Positions 32,279 to 41,886 of a stretch of DNA of 64,000 nt are shown piece after piece. How positions within the stretch are numbered: position 1 is the first letter of the stretch; every line of letters starts with the position of its first letter. Below the pieces are notes generated by a model. The model had not been told where the DNA came from and did no database searches. It saw nothing but the letters and a program-made list of their open reading frames with translations. Source of the stretch: Candidatus Spongiisociaceae bacterium (GTDB lineage Bacteria; Actinomycetota; Acidimicrobiia; Spongiisociales; Spongiisociaceae); contig OZ241841.1 of assembly GCA_965202665.1 (NCBI GenBank), positions 2,304,001 to 2,368,000 of the forward strand, given 5' to 3'. The position numbers were made by a program, and so were the translations under genes.

Positions 32279-32785
32279 ATGCTCTTTTGGCATCTGGGGG
32301 GATCGCTGTTTCTGTTCCGCCACCTATTCCGAGACCCGGGGGTGGACGCAAGGTTCCTGCTGGCGGGAGCGATCCTCCCCGACCTGCTGGACAAACCAAT
32401 AGGACTGGGCTTCCTAGGGTCGGGCCGCGTCTTCGCCCACACGCTGATTTTCGGCGGCGCCCTGCTAACGGCGGTGTTAATCACAACCCGCCGGGGCGGG
32501 ACGGCCCGCAAACGATGGATGGCCCTGACGGTGGGAGTAATGTTCCATCTGCTGCTGGACGGAATGTGGGCAGCCCGCGAAATCCTGCTCTGGCCCCTCT
32601 TCGGCTGGGAGTTCCCAACCGGAGCCCCCAACGACTGGACAATGCTCCGCTGGCCGCTCCTGATACAAGAAACAGCAGGCCTGGCCTACCTGATCTGGCT
32701 ATGGCGCAAACACAACCTGTCCGCCCCCGCCCCCCGTCGCCGCTTCCTAAAAACCGGAACCCTCCCCACAGAAACCAAGGTATAG
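32279..32785 (+). CDS. Membrane-bound metal-dependent hydrolase
   Basis: LPDLLDKP, HTL, HLLLDGMW. Confidence 0.8.
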   Translation: MLFWHLGGSLFLFRHLFRDPGVDARFLLAGAILPDLLDKPIGLGFLGSGRVFAHTLIFGGALLTAVLITTRRGGTARKRWMALTVGVMFHLLLDGMWAAREILLWPLFGWEFPTGAPNDWTMLRWPLLIQETAGLAYLIWLWRKHNLSAPAPRRRFLKTGTLPTETKV

Positions 32786-32813
32786 TAGGTCGAGCAACCG
32801 ACGAGGAAGAAAG

Positions 32814-35261
32814 ATGAGCATCCGCCAAGAAGCACAACAAGAGTTGTCTAATCTGGATTTGGACGAGGAAGTAGTCCAGTTGGCCCTAGCCGCTCTCGCT
32901 GGCGAAGACGAGATAGAACGAGTCCTGTCCGGCGGAGAAGCGGATGTTCCCGAAGAACCGACGGATGCCAAAGCGCAGATTCCGACTATCTTTTTACAGA
33001 ATATAGCCGTTGCAGGATTTCGAGGTATTGGACCGGAAGCTACACTAGAAATCCCGCCGGGTCCCGGCCTAACGGTGGTGGTGGGCCGCAACGGTTCCGG
33101 CAAATCCAGCTTTTCGGAGGCCCTGGAGGTGTTGCTAACAGGAGACAGTTATCGCTGGAAAGACAAGCATAAGGCTTGGGAGAGAGGTTGGAAAAACCTC
33201 CACCAAGGCGATAACCCTAAAATAACTGCTCGCTTTCAGGTAGAAGGAATGAATAAACCGACCGTAGTTGAACGAACCTGGAACGAGGGTTCCGGAATAG
33301 CGGATTCCGAGTATTTTGCGCAACATCACGGTCAGCCCCGTTCTGATCTAGATGGAATAGGTTGGGAAGAACCGCTGAATCTTTACCGGCCCATTTTGTC
33401 GTATAATGAATTAAGTATGGTAGAGAGCCGTCCCACCACCCTGCATGATATACTAGCTGAAGTGCTAATGATCGGAGATTTATCCGTTGCCCCCAAAAAT
33501 TTAGCCCAAGTTCGACTTAAGAGGGAACGCTACAAAAAAGAAGTTGTCGAAGATTTGAAAGATAATATTCTTCCCGCACTGGAAGGCTCGGATGAGGAAA
33601 GAGCGATGAAGGTAAAGGAGGCTCTCACCAAGCGATCCTGGGATTTGAAAGTAATTACCGATCTTGGCTTGGAGCCCGATGCTGATTATAAAGTTTTACA
33701 AGATATAATGAACCTCGCAGTACCAGATGAAGAGAAGGTTACAGAAGTAGCCGAGGAGATTGATTTAGCCCATACCAGTTTGTCCAACAGATCCAGTACG
33801 GAAATAGAAAGCGCAGAACGCGTGAAGCGATTGTTGGAGACTGCGCTTAAACATTATGAATTGCCTCATAAGAACCAGCCTTGTCCCGTTTGCGGAGTGG
33901 GATTTCTTGATGATAGTTGGCATACAGGTGCTCTGGAACAGGTTAAACAACTGAAAGATATGACGCAAGGTTATCGGAAGGCTAAAAAAAATCTAGATCG
34001 GGCCTTAGATAAGGCCCGGCAACTGGCGGCTGTTCCAAAAACTAACCTGTCTTCCCGCGTCAAAAAACTGCGGGTCAGAATATCTATTTCTAATGTTCTT
34101 GACATCGATAGGTTAATTTCAGAGTGGGAACGGTGGAGTTCCTTTCCGGAGAGGGTAGATAAGACATTCGAACATTTTCGCTCACAATATTATACAGTCA
34201 AAAGGGAACGGAATATTGTTTCTAAACAGGCTAGAGAAATTTTCTCTGAACGAGAAGAAAAATGGAGAGCAATCTTGACTGAACTTCTAGAATGGGTTTC
34301 CAAGGCTCAAAAAGTTGTCAAAGAGAAACCGGAAATCGCTAAAATAAAGAAGGCCGAAGGGGCGATCAAAACTGTTACCGATAACATACGAAGCAGACGA
34401 TGGAGGCCTATAGAGTTACAAGCTTTAGATTTGTGGAATGATATTAAATTGGAGAGCAATGTAAATTTACGCTCTGTGGAACTTGCTGGTGCGCGCAACA
34501 TGAGAAGAGTCGATTTGCAAGTGGATGTAGACGGTATCAGAACAGAGGCCCTATCAGTGGTTAGCCAAGGGGAGTTAAGTTGTTTGGCATTGTCCCTTTT
34601 CTTCCCCCGTGCTATGTTGCCCGCCAGCCCTTTTCGTTTTTTGATGATTGATGATCCAGTTCAGGCTATGGATTCGGCCCGGGTTGACGGGCTAGCCCGA
34701 CTTTTTGCGAAGATAGCCGAGGATCGTCAGTTGATAGTGTTTACCCATGACAATCGTCTTCCCGAATCTTTACGTCTCCTCAATTTGGATCACCATTGTT
34801 TAGAGGTGGTTCGTCTAGCTAAATCGAAGGTGGAAGTTTCAGAAAAACGTGATCCTGTTATTCAGTATTTTTTTGATGCCCGCTCCATTATGAAAGACGA
34901 AAATTTTCCGGCAGATATGGCGAGGCGGGTAATCCCCGGTTTCTGCCGCGACGGTTTGGAGGCCGCCTGCGTAGAAGCAGTTTGGCGGAGAAGGCTGGGC
35001 AGAGGAAAGTCTCATCAGGCAATTGAAAAAGAGTTGCTTTATGCCAAAAAGTTGAGCCAAAAGGCCTCTTTAGTATTTTTTGATAAGATTGATAAGGGCG
35101 GTGAAGTTTTTAAAACAATTGCGGGTAAATGGGAAAGAAGGTTGGCCGACGCTTACAGCGATGCTAATAAAGGCACTCATAAAAAATATTCTGGCGAATT
35201 ACCCGCTCTGATAAATGACTGTCAAACGTTGGCGGAACGACTCCGTCGTCATAATGCTTAA
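32814..35261 (+). CDS. Rad50/SbcC-like ABC ATPase with coiled coil and Zn hook
   Basis: GRNGSGKS, CPVC hook, SQGE signature, MIDDPVQAMD, FTHD; AT-rich. Confidence 0.85.
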   Translation: MSIRQEAQQELSNLDLDEEVVQLALAALAGEDEIERVLSGGEADVPEEPTDAKAQIPTIFLQNIAVAGFRGIGPEATLEIPPGPGLTVVVGRNGSGKSSFSEALEVLLTGDSYRWKDKHKAWERGWKNLHQGDNPKITARFQVEGMNKPTVVERTWNEGSGIADSEYFAQHHGQPRSDLDGIGWEEPLNLYRPILSYNELSMVESRPTTLHDILAEVLMIGDLSVAPKNLAQVRLKRERYKKEVVEDLKDNILPALEGSDEERAMKVKEALTKRSWDLKVITDLGLEPDADYKVLQDIMNLAVPDEEKVTEVAEEIDLAHTSLSNRSSTEIESAERVKRLLETALKHYELPHKNQPCPVCGVGFLDDSWHTGALEQVKQLKDMTQGYRKAKKNLDRALDKARQLAAVPKTNLSSRVKKLRVRISISNVLDIDRLISEWERWSSFPERVDKTFEHFRSQYYTVKRERNIVSKQAREIFSEREEKWRAILTELLEWVSKAQKVVKEKPEIAKIKKAEGAIKTVTDNIRSRRWRPIELQALDLWNDIKLESNVNLRSVELAGARNMRRVDLQVDVDGIRTEALSVVSQGELSCLALSLFFPRAMLPASPFRFLMIDDPVQAMDSARVDGLARLFAKIAEDRQLIVFTHDNRLPESLRLLNLDHHCLEVVRLAKSKVEVSEKRDPVIQYFFDARSIMKDENFPADMARRVIPGFCRDGLEAACVEAVWRRRLGRGKSHQAIEKELLYAKKLSQKASLVFFDKIDKGGEVFKTIAGKWERRLADAYSDANKGTHKKYSGELPALINDCQTLAERLRRHNA

Positions 35262-35631
35262 TATAGAAGACATTCGTTTGTTGCTCGCTGGAAACCCAAG
35301 CTCAAAAGGAGTATGGCTCCGTGCTGCGGTATTTTTAACCCGTGGTGTGTTGGAAAGGGAGGTGGATAGATTATGGAGAGTTGCATTTGGCGGTAAGGGA
35401 CGCACGAATCGTCATACGCAGTTTATTTGCCTAAAGCAACTGGCGCGTGATGATCGTATTGACATGGATCCGGTGATGGCGGAAGACATACATTCTGCTT
35501 GGGCATCTCTCAGCAGAGCCTGTCATCATCACGAGTACGATTTGACGCCCACCGTTCCCGAACTGAAATTATGGATAAGACAAGTGGAGCGACTGGTTGA
35601 ACATTTGAAAGACAATTCTGAAGAGAAGTAG
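35254..35631 (+). CDS. Small helical protein, HEPN-like
   Basis: Overlaps ATPase stop; RGVLE near N-terminus and LSRACHHH (RX4H) near C-terminus. Confidence 0.6.
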   Translation: MLNIEDIRLLLAGNPSSKGVWLRAAVFLTRGVLEREVDRLWRVAFGGKGRTNRHTQFICLKQLARDDRIDMDPVMAEDIHSAWASLSRACHHHEYDLTPTVPELKLWIRQVERLVEHLKDNSEEK

Positions 35632-35661
35632 GTGATCTTCCCAAACGGGGGGCGGTCTTCG

Positions 35662-36699
35662 TCAGGTGCCGGTGAGCAGAAGTTGTTGATTGTGTTCTTC
35701 GGTCTCAGCAGGTTCCGCGGGTTGGGGCGGGGCGGTGTTGGACACTGATGGTGAGGGGCTCAGCAGTGTTTTCAGTTCTTCGGGGGTTTGCGGGTTGGGC
35801 CAGGGTTGGGCTCCTTGTTCCCGTAGGGCGGTCAGTCCCGGACTGGGCAGGTCCCGCACATATACGGGGACCTGCTGGTCGGGATGCTTGTTTCTCTGCA
35901 GTTGGCTTTCGGCCCCCGCTTTGGTGCCGCCCTGCTCCGGGTGGGCGTCCACCACCAGGGCGGCGTCGGCCAGGTTGTAGATCAAAGCGTTGCGCCCCAT
36001 CGCCGTCCCGCGGCTAAACCCGGCCCCGGGATCGTAGGGCGAGACCATCAGCATCTGGTCGTTCACGATCCAGTCCCGCCGGTCGCGGGTCATTATTTCT
36101 TTTTCCAGTTTGGCCGCCAACACTCCGACTGTCCGCCCGCCCGCCTCCAAAGCCCCCGTCATCACCTCCCGGTCCGTCCCCCGCGCCCCGCCGGAAACCA
36201 CCGGGAGCGCGGCGCGGGCGGCCAGATCTCCCGTCCGCCGGGCGAAATCCAACGCCTCCTCGTCTGCCTCACGCGGCCCCACCACTGCCAGCCCGCTTTC
36301 GTTGAGAAGCGACCGGTCGCCGCACCCGTAGAGGATCGGGGGAGCGGAGCGGGGAAGGCGGTCCTGGAAATGGCGCGGGTATTCCTCGTCATAGGAACTT
36401 ATCACCCAGATGGCCCGCGTATGCCAATGGTCGACGGCCTGAGCCAAACGGCCGCCCCGCCCCAACAGGTCTTTGATGCGTTCCATACCGCCATCGCCCG
36501 ACGGGTAGTCGCCCAGGACCTCCTCCAGTCCCTCCAGTAGCAGGTCCGCCGGTTGGAATCCTTTCTCCCGCAAGTGCTCTTCCAGTTTCCGGTATTCCGG
36601 CAGACGCAGACGCTCGCTTGTTTCCCGATGTTTGCCCACATTGAGCGGCGCGGTCAGCAACAGGATGGCTTTAGTGTTGGGAAAAAGCGACCAGGTCAT
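35662..36699 (-). CDS. DprA/Smf-fold protein (RqlI-like)
   Basis: PPILYGCG, AVVGPR, VSGGARGTD, AMGRN..IY, GGT; ATGA overlap with helicase stop. Confidence 0.85.
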   Translation of the reverse strand: MTWSLFPNTKAILLLTAPLNVGKHRETSERLRLPEYRKLEEHLREKGFQPADLLLEGLEEVLGDYPSGDGGMERIKDLLGRGGRLAQAVDHWHTRAIWVISSYDEEYPRHFQDRLPRSAPPILYGCGDRSLLNESGLAVVGPREADEEALDFARRTGDLAARAALPVVSGGARGTDREVMTGALEAGGRTVGVLAAKLEKEIMTRDRRDWIVNDQMLMVSPYDPGAGFSRGTAMGRNALIYNLADAALVVDAHPEQGGTKAGAESQLQRNKHPDQQVPVYVRDLPSPGLTALREQGAQPWPNPQTPEELKTLLSPSPSVSNTAPPQPAEPAETEEHNQQLLLTGT

Positions 36700-38791
36700 G
36701 AACTTCCCGCTTTCGCCAAAGCCAACGGCCACACTTCGCCCGCGCCGTGCGTGCGGAGCAACCAGGCGCATACGGTCATCGTCCACCGCGAATCCGCCAT
36801 ATCATCCACCAACAGTACCGGTTCCCGGAGGAGCCCGCCGGTCAGCCGGGAGTTCACTCGGAATGCCCCATCCAAGTTGCGGGCCTGCCAATAGCTGTTG
36901 CGCATCCCCTTTTGCTGTTTCTGTTTCCGGCCGGTGTCTTCCAAAACCATATGGAAGGGAATCCCCAGGGCGTCGGCCAGCCGCTGGGCGAAGTCGGGCA
37001 CTAGGTCGGGATGATCGCGCGACGGCACGCAGGTGACCCATTTCGGTTCCGGCTCGGGTTTCCAGTCCTGCAACAGTTTCACGCAGCCTTCCACCAGCTG
37101 GTCGGAGAAACGGTCGTCTTGATATTTTCCTCGCTCTACCAACCGTCCCAACGTTCCGTTTCCCCATTGACACAATATCTTGCCCGGCTGATGCCGGTGT
37201 TCTTGCTCGATCCGCCCTTCAACCTTGTAGAAAGACAGAACGTCCCCCGGCCACTTTTTGCGCGGTTCGATTACGTACCAATCCCGGCTCAGGAAATCCG
37301 CCGCCGCCGTCTTCATCTGATCGGACGCCGTTGTGGGCGGGGGAGGCAGATTGTGGGTGGGGGCGGTCGCGGAGTGTGTGTCGTCTAAAGCCTTGACCAG
37401 AAACTCCATATGCTCCTCCGACAGGGCGGCGTATTCCCGCATTTGGGCCTGTTCGCGGCGGCGTATCCGGTCGAGGCGCTCCACCCGTTCCCGAAACCCT
37501 TCGCCCAGAAGGTGCGGGGTCAGCTGATAGCGGTTGCCCTGTTTGGCCAGCGGAGCGGGGGTTTCCACTTCCAGCAATTTCAGGGTTTGGTTCAACCGTT
37601 TCGCATTGATGTTCACTGCGGCCTGGAGCCCGTGGTACGTTAGTCCCTCATCTGATTCTTGCAGGGCGTCCAACACTTCTTCCACTTCTTCCCGGCTGGG
37701 GAAGGCGGTTTCTCGGAAATAATTGATTATGTCCTGGTCTTCCGCCCCGCTCAGCAACACCCCGTAGGCCCCGCTGGTGCCGCGGCCGGCCCTGCCCACC
37801 TGCTGGTAGTAGGCGACCGCTGATCCGGGGGCCTGATAGTGGATGACGAACCCCAAGTCCGGTTTGTCGAATCCCATCCCCAGGGCGGAGGTGGCCGCCA
37901 AGGCTTTGACCCCGTTGTCGAGCAGGGCGTTTTCCAGGTGCGGACGTTCGTCGGGGTCGGTGGATCCGGTATAGGCGCGGACATCCAGCCCGCGGCTTTG
38001 CAACCATCGGGCCACCTGCTCCGCGTCCCGGATGGTCAAAGTGTAAATGATTCCGCTGCCGGGCAACTGCGGCAGATGCTCCGCCAGCCAGGCCAGACGT
38101 TCCCGGGGGTTGGGCATGGCCATGGTCTGCAAGAGCAGGGAGGGGCGGCGCAGGTCGCCGCGCACCACCTGCAACCCGGGCCCCAGCGTTTTTTGCACAT
38201 CTTCGATAACCCGGTCGTTGGCGGTGGCGGTAGTTGAAAGTACGGGAACATTGTCGGGCAACCCCCGCACCATGCTTTCTATCCGGCGGTAATCCGGCCG
38301 GAAGTCGTGTCCCCAGTCCGATATGCAATGGGCTTCGTCGACGACCCACATTCCGGGTCGGCTGAAATAGGGGGAATAAACCTCGTCGAGGAATTGCCGA
38401 TTACCCAGCCGTTCGGGGGACACCAGCAGTACATCCACTTCGTTGCGGGACAGCCGTTCGATGACCGAATCCCATTCCAACCTGTTGTCGGAGTTGATCG
38501 TGTCGGCCCTCACCTCCAAACGTTTGGTCATCTCAATCTGGTTGCGCATCAAAGCCAGCAGGGGCGATATGAGCAGAACCGGCCCGCTCCCCGCAAGCGC
38601 AGAAGCTTGGCGGCTATGAAATACACGAAGCTCTTGCCCCATCCGGTTTTCTGGACCAGCAACAGCTTTCTGCGGCCGCCGCCCTCCACCAAGAAGCGGA
38701 TGGTCTCTTCTTGGTCGGGGCGGAACGCGGCGTTGGGGTCGTCGGCTCCGGCGCGGAGCAGTCGATGGGCGAGTTGGGCGTCGTATGTCAT
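36696..38791 (-). pseudogene. RecQ-like helicase with C-terminal PRTase domain (RqlH-like), frameshifted near 38590-38600
   Basis: Walker A QKTGWGKS in one frame; SPLLALMRNQ, DEAHCISDWGHDFRP, QQVGRAGR and LLVDDMADSRWT in another. Confidence 0.82.
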
Positions 38792-39474
38792 GGCGGTAAA
38801 CCTTATTCGGGGGGTGTGACGGAAATGAGGATGGGAGCGACGGGGACGGGTGTTGGGGACAAATCGAACCGTATGTGTCCGCCACCCAACAAATCCACAT
38901 AGAACCTGTCCGGTAACTCCGCCCATCCAACAATCCACTCGCACGGCACGCCATCACCGTCCGGGTCAAACTTGGAGTTCCACTCAAACCCAGCCAGCGC
39001 CGCCCCCACCGTCGTCATCCTCCACACCTGCCGAGATGCACCCTGCCATTCCCGGCATCTGGCGTATTTTGTCTGCGCCTCATCCCAGCACAGCATCATA
39101 AATCCCGTAGATATCGTGCCTTCGGTGATTGTCACCCTTGCCGCTCGCCGGGTCGGTTCGTAGTCGCAATCCCAGATGTGTTGGCCGCCTGCCGACCACC
39201 GAAGCCGCGATTCTCGGCCAGCGACGGGTATCGCACTAACTGCCAGAATCATCAGGGCGCACAAGGCGGCAGCCAGGCGCCTCATATGTCTCCTGGAGCC
39301 GCGGCCCTCCTCCAGGAAGCGGATGGCCTCTTCTTGGCCGGGGCGGAACGCGGCGTTTGGGTCGTCGGCTCCGGCGCGGAGCCGTTGATGGGTGTGTTGG
39401 TTGTCGTATGTCATAGTGGGAAACCTTATCCGGGGGGTGTGACAGAAACGGGGATGGGGCCGTCAGGGGGCGGG
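38681..39474. repeat. Diverged ~170-bp direct repeat (38681-38850 and 39304-39474)
   Basis: Both copies carry a promoter plus MTYD...RAGADDPNAAFRP.QEE.IRFL.EG; offset 623 bp. Confidence 0.88.
38803..39285 (-). CDS. Secreted protein with excalibur-like Ca-binding motif
   Basis: AGGAG RBS before MRRLAAALCAL signal peptide; FDPDGDGVPCE matches DxDxDGxxCE. Confidence 0.65.
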   Translation of the reverse strand: MRRLAAALCALMILAVSAIPVAGRESRLRWSAGGQHIWDCDYEPTRRAARVTITEGTISTGFMMLCWDEAQTKYARCREWQGASRQVWRMTTVGAALAGFEWNSKFDPDGDGVPCEWIVGWAELPDRFYVDLLGGGHIRFDLSPTPVPVAPILISVTPPE

Positions 39475-40704
39475 ACCGGCGCGGGCGGGAGGCTGGCGCC
39501 GGGACGGGACGGGCGGCCCGGCGCGGGGGCGGGTCCGCCACTCGCCGCCGACTTTGGCCAACTCCAGGTTGCGTTCCTGCAACCTTCGGTGGTGGGCGCC
39601 GCACAGCGAAGCCAGGTTGTCGATGTCGGTTGCGCCCCCGGCGTGCCAGTCGAGCACATGATGCAGTTGGGTCTGGTGGGAGGGGGCGTCGCAGGGCAGC
39701 ACGCAACCCCGGTCGCGAATGGCCGCTACCAGTTTTTGCGAAGCGTTGGCCAGCCGACGGCTTCGTCCCAGCCACAGCGGGTTGCCCGACCGGTCGAATA
39801 TTGCCCCCGCTATGTGGGCGTCGGGGGACAGCAGGCGCAGGATGGAGGGCGGAACGGGCCCCGTATCCAAGATTTCGCATTTCCCGTCCGGGTTGGTTCC
39901 GTCGAACAGGCCCAGTTCGGCGGTGATGATCAGGCGGGTGGAGGCCTTGCCCCCCATCCCTTCCATAGGGCGGAGATGGTCGGCGTCCCGGCCGGTCAGC
40001 AGTTCGAACAAGGCATCGGCCCGGCGTTGGTCGCCGGTGCGGACATCGTCGGGCGGAACCTCGCCGCCGCCGTCGGCCCGGCGCAGGGCTTCGGCGCGGA
40101 GATCCAAGGCTTGCCGGACCTGTCCGAAGCGGATGGGGTCCAACTCGGCGTGCACCACGCCCATTTGTTTGGAGTGGTCCCAGAAGGCGTACGCTTTGCG
40201 CCGCGCCCGTTGCCGCTTCAACTGTTCTTCGCCGCGGTCCGGGGAGTTGGCGTTGGCCCATTGGCGGGCCCGTTTGCGGAAACGGTCCGGGTCGGCGGCC
40301 GCCGCGTCTTCCAGCAGGCCCCGGTCCCCGTCCACCCGGCGGGGGCCGCATTCCCCGGCGGCGGCGGCCAAGGCGGCGACGTGGTCCAAAGTGATCTCGC
40401 CCGCCTGCAATTTGGCGCGGGCGTTGGGCATTTCCTCCAACTTCTGCGCCACCTTGGTCATCTGCTTGGCGTCCCGCCGGGTTATCCGCAGGGCGTCCCG
40501 CAGTTCCTCCTCCGACCCGGTTGCGCCGTCTGCGGCCAGACGGGAGGCTATGGAGCATTCCAAGGCGGACAGTCCGGCTTTGAGCCGGCCCAGTTCCTCT
40601 CCCAAGCGGCGCACCTCCTCCAAAGTGAGGCGATGGCCGGCCTGTTCGGCCCAGGCGGGCAACCCTTCCCGGAAGGAACGGCATTGGCGAATAATTTCAT
40701 TCAT
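39463..40704 (-). CDS. DUF222/13E12-family HNH endonuclease
   Basis: QRRADAL, LWLGRSRRLA, RDRGC, HHVLDWHAGGATDIDNLASLCGAHH. Confidence 0.88.
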   Translation of the reverse strand: MNEIIRQCRSFREGLPAWAEQAGHRLTLEEVRRLGEELGRLKAGLSALECSIASRLAADGATGSEEELRDALRITRRDAKQMTKVAQKLEEMPNARAKLQAGEITLDHVAALAAAAGECGPRRVDGDRGLLEDAAAADPDRFRKRARQWANANSPDRGEEQLKRQRARRKAYAFWDHSKQMGVVHAELDPIRFGQVRQALDLRAEALRRADGGGEVPPDDVRTGDQRRADALFELLTGRDADHLRPMEGMGGKASTRLIITAELGLFDGTNPDGKCEILDTGPVPPSILRLLSPDAHIAGAIFDRSGNPLWLGRSRRLANASQKLVAAIRDRGCVLPCDAPSHQTQLHHVLDWHAGGATDIDNLASLCGAHHRRLQERNLELAKVGGEWRTRPRAGPPVPSRRQPPARAGPAP

Positions 40705-40711
40705 AACCCCC

Positions 40712-40733
40712 AACTTAGGAGGGGGGTGTGACA
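40712..40733 (-). promoter_or_regulatory. PafBC/RecA-NDp-like DNA-damage promoter (further copies at 39423-39444 and 38800-38821)
   Basis: TGTCAC-N10-TAAGTT, 7 nt before ATG; same geometry as TGTCGG-N10-TA-N3-T. Confidence 0.6.
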
Positions 40734-40827
40734 TTTTTTGGCGGGATGTCCCCCAACGGACAAAATCAGGCAAAAAACCTGAATTTTCTCGGCGTTCCCG
40801 GCCCGAACGGGGCGAACCGGCCGGGGT

Positions 40828-41820
40828 TTATCCGTCGGCGACGGCGCGCAGGGCGGGCAGCACCTTGGCTCCCAGCAGGTCGATCAGGCCTTCCTGGTCG
40901 ACGGCGGCCATCTGGATGGTTACCACATCGGCGTCGATGTCTTTCACCAGCGGTTCGTAGACGTCGATGATGCCGGCGGCGTCGGCGGTTCGGGCGTAGC
41001 GGCCCAGCACCTCCTCGCGGGGCAGGTCGTCGGCCCGTTCCCGCAGGGTCATCGGATCCACCGCCTCCAACCGGCCCGGGGCCCGCAGCCCCCGCCAGGA
41101 AAACAGCGCCCGCCAGGCTTCGTCATCGTCCCCGGCCAGGATCGCCCACCGGGAGGTGAGGACGATGGGGGCCGGACGGCCATGGTCGGCGGCCTCTTCC
41201 CGAACGGGGCCGATCACCCGCTCCACGGCCTCCGCCGGGTCTTTCACCGACACGATCACCCCGTCCGCTTTGCGCCCCGCCAGCCGGGCCGACTTGGGGC
41301 CGCCCGCCGCCATCAGAATCGGCACCCGGGACAGAGGGGGGGAATAAAGTTTGGCCCGGTCGGTCACGTAATATTCGCCCCGGTAGGTGAGTTTTTCCCC
41401 GTCCAGCATGCGGCGCATTATTTGCAGGGCCTCGTCCATCCGGGCCGCCCGCTCGGCGTATTTGGGGAAATGGTATCCGAGGGGGCCTTCGTTGATGTTC
41501 TCCCCGGTTCCCACTCCCAGGTTGAACCGCCCGCCGCTCAGCCGGTCCAAAGTGGCGGCCGCCTGGGCGACCAGGGCCGGATGGAACCTCCACAGGGGAG
41601 TGGTCACCCCGGTGGTGAACTCCACCCGCTCGGTGGCCTGCGCCATGGCGGCGATGGTGGCGTAGGCGAACCCGGAGGCGGAGGCGTCGTCCACCCAGGG
41701 ATGAAAATGCTCGGAGACCACCAGCATGTCGAACCCGGCCTGCTCGGCCCGCACCGCATGCTCCACCAGCTGCTCCGGATGCCACTGCTCATGGCCGCAG
41801 AAATAAGCGAATTTGGTCAT
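40828..41820 (-). CDS. F420-dependent LLM-class oxidoreductase (G6PDH-like family)
   Basis: HEQW, SEHFHPW, TGVTTP, GVGTGENINE. Confidence 0.9.
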   Translation of the reverse strand: MTKFAYFCGHEQWHPEQLVEHAVRAEQAGFDMLVVSEHFHPWVDDASASGFAYATIAAMAQATERVEFTTGVTTPLWRFHPALVAQAAATLDRLSGGRFNLGVGTGENINEGPLGYHFPKYAERAARMDEALQIMRRMLDGEKLTYRGEYYVTDRAKLYSPPLSRVPILMAAGGPKSARLAGRKADGVIVSVKDPAEAVERVIGPVREEAADHGRPAPIVLTSRWAILAGDDDEAWRALFSWRGLRAPGRLEAVDPMTLRERADDLPREEVLGRYARTADAAGIIDVYEPLVKDIDADVVTIQMAAVDQEGLIDLLGAKVLPALRAVADG

Positions 41821-41886
41821 AGGTCCTCCTAGGGGGCATAGTGGATTTGGCATGCCTGCCCCGACCAGTCTAATATGGCCCCCGCT

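Noticed and set aside
32814-35261. Calling the ATPase housekeeping sbcC or recN
   Set aside because: No sbcD partner, AT-rich composition, extra C-terminal domain and defence-like context
38803-39414. 203-aa ORF as a genuine helicase-derived fusion protein
   Set aside because: The first ~43 codons are mostly the duplicated helicase stub; an internal AGGAG plus ATG at 39285 gives a clean signal-peptide protein
39463-40704. HNH/DUF222 gene as a delimited mobile element
   Set aside because: No terminal inverted repeats or target-site duplication could be identified by eye; kept as a CDS only
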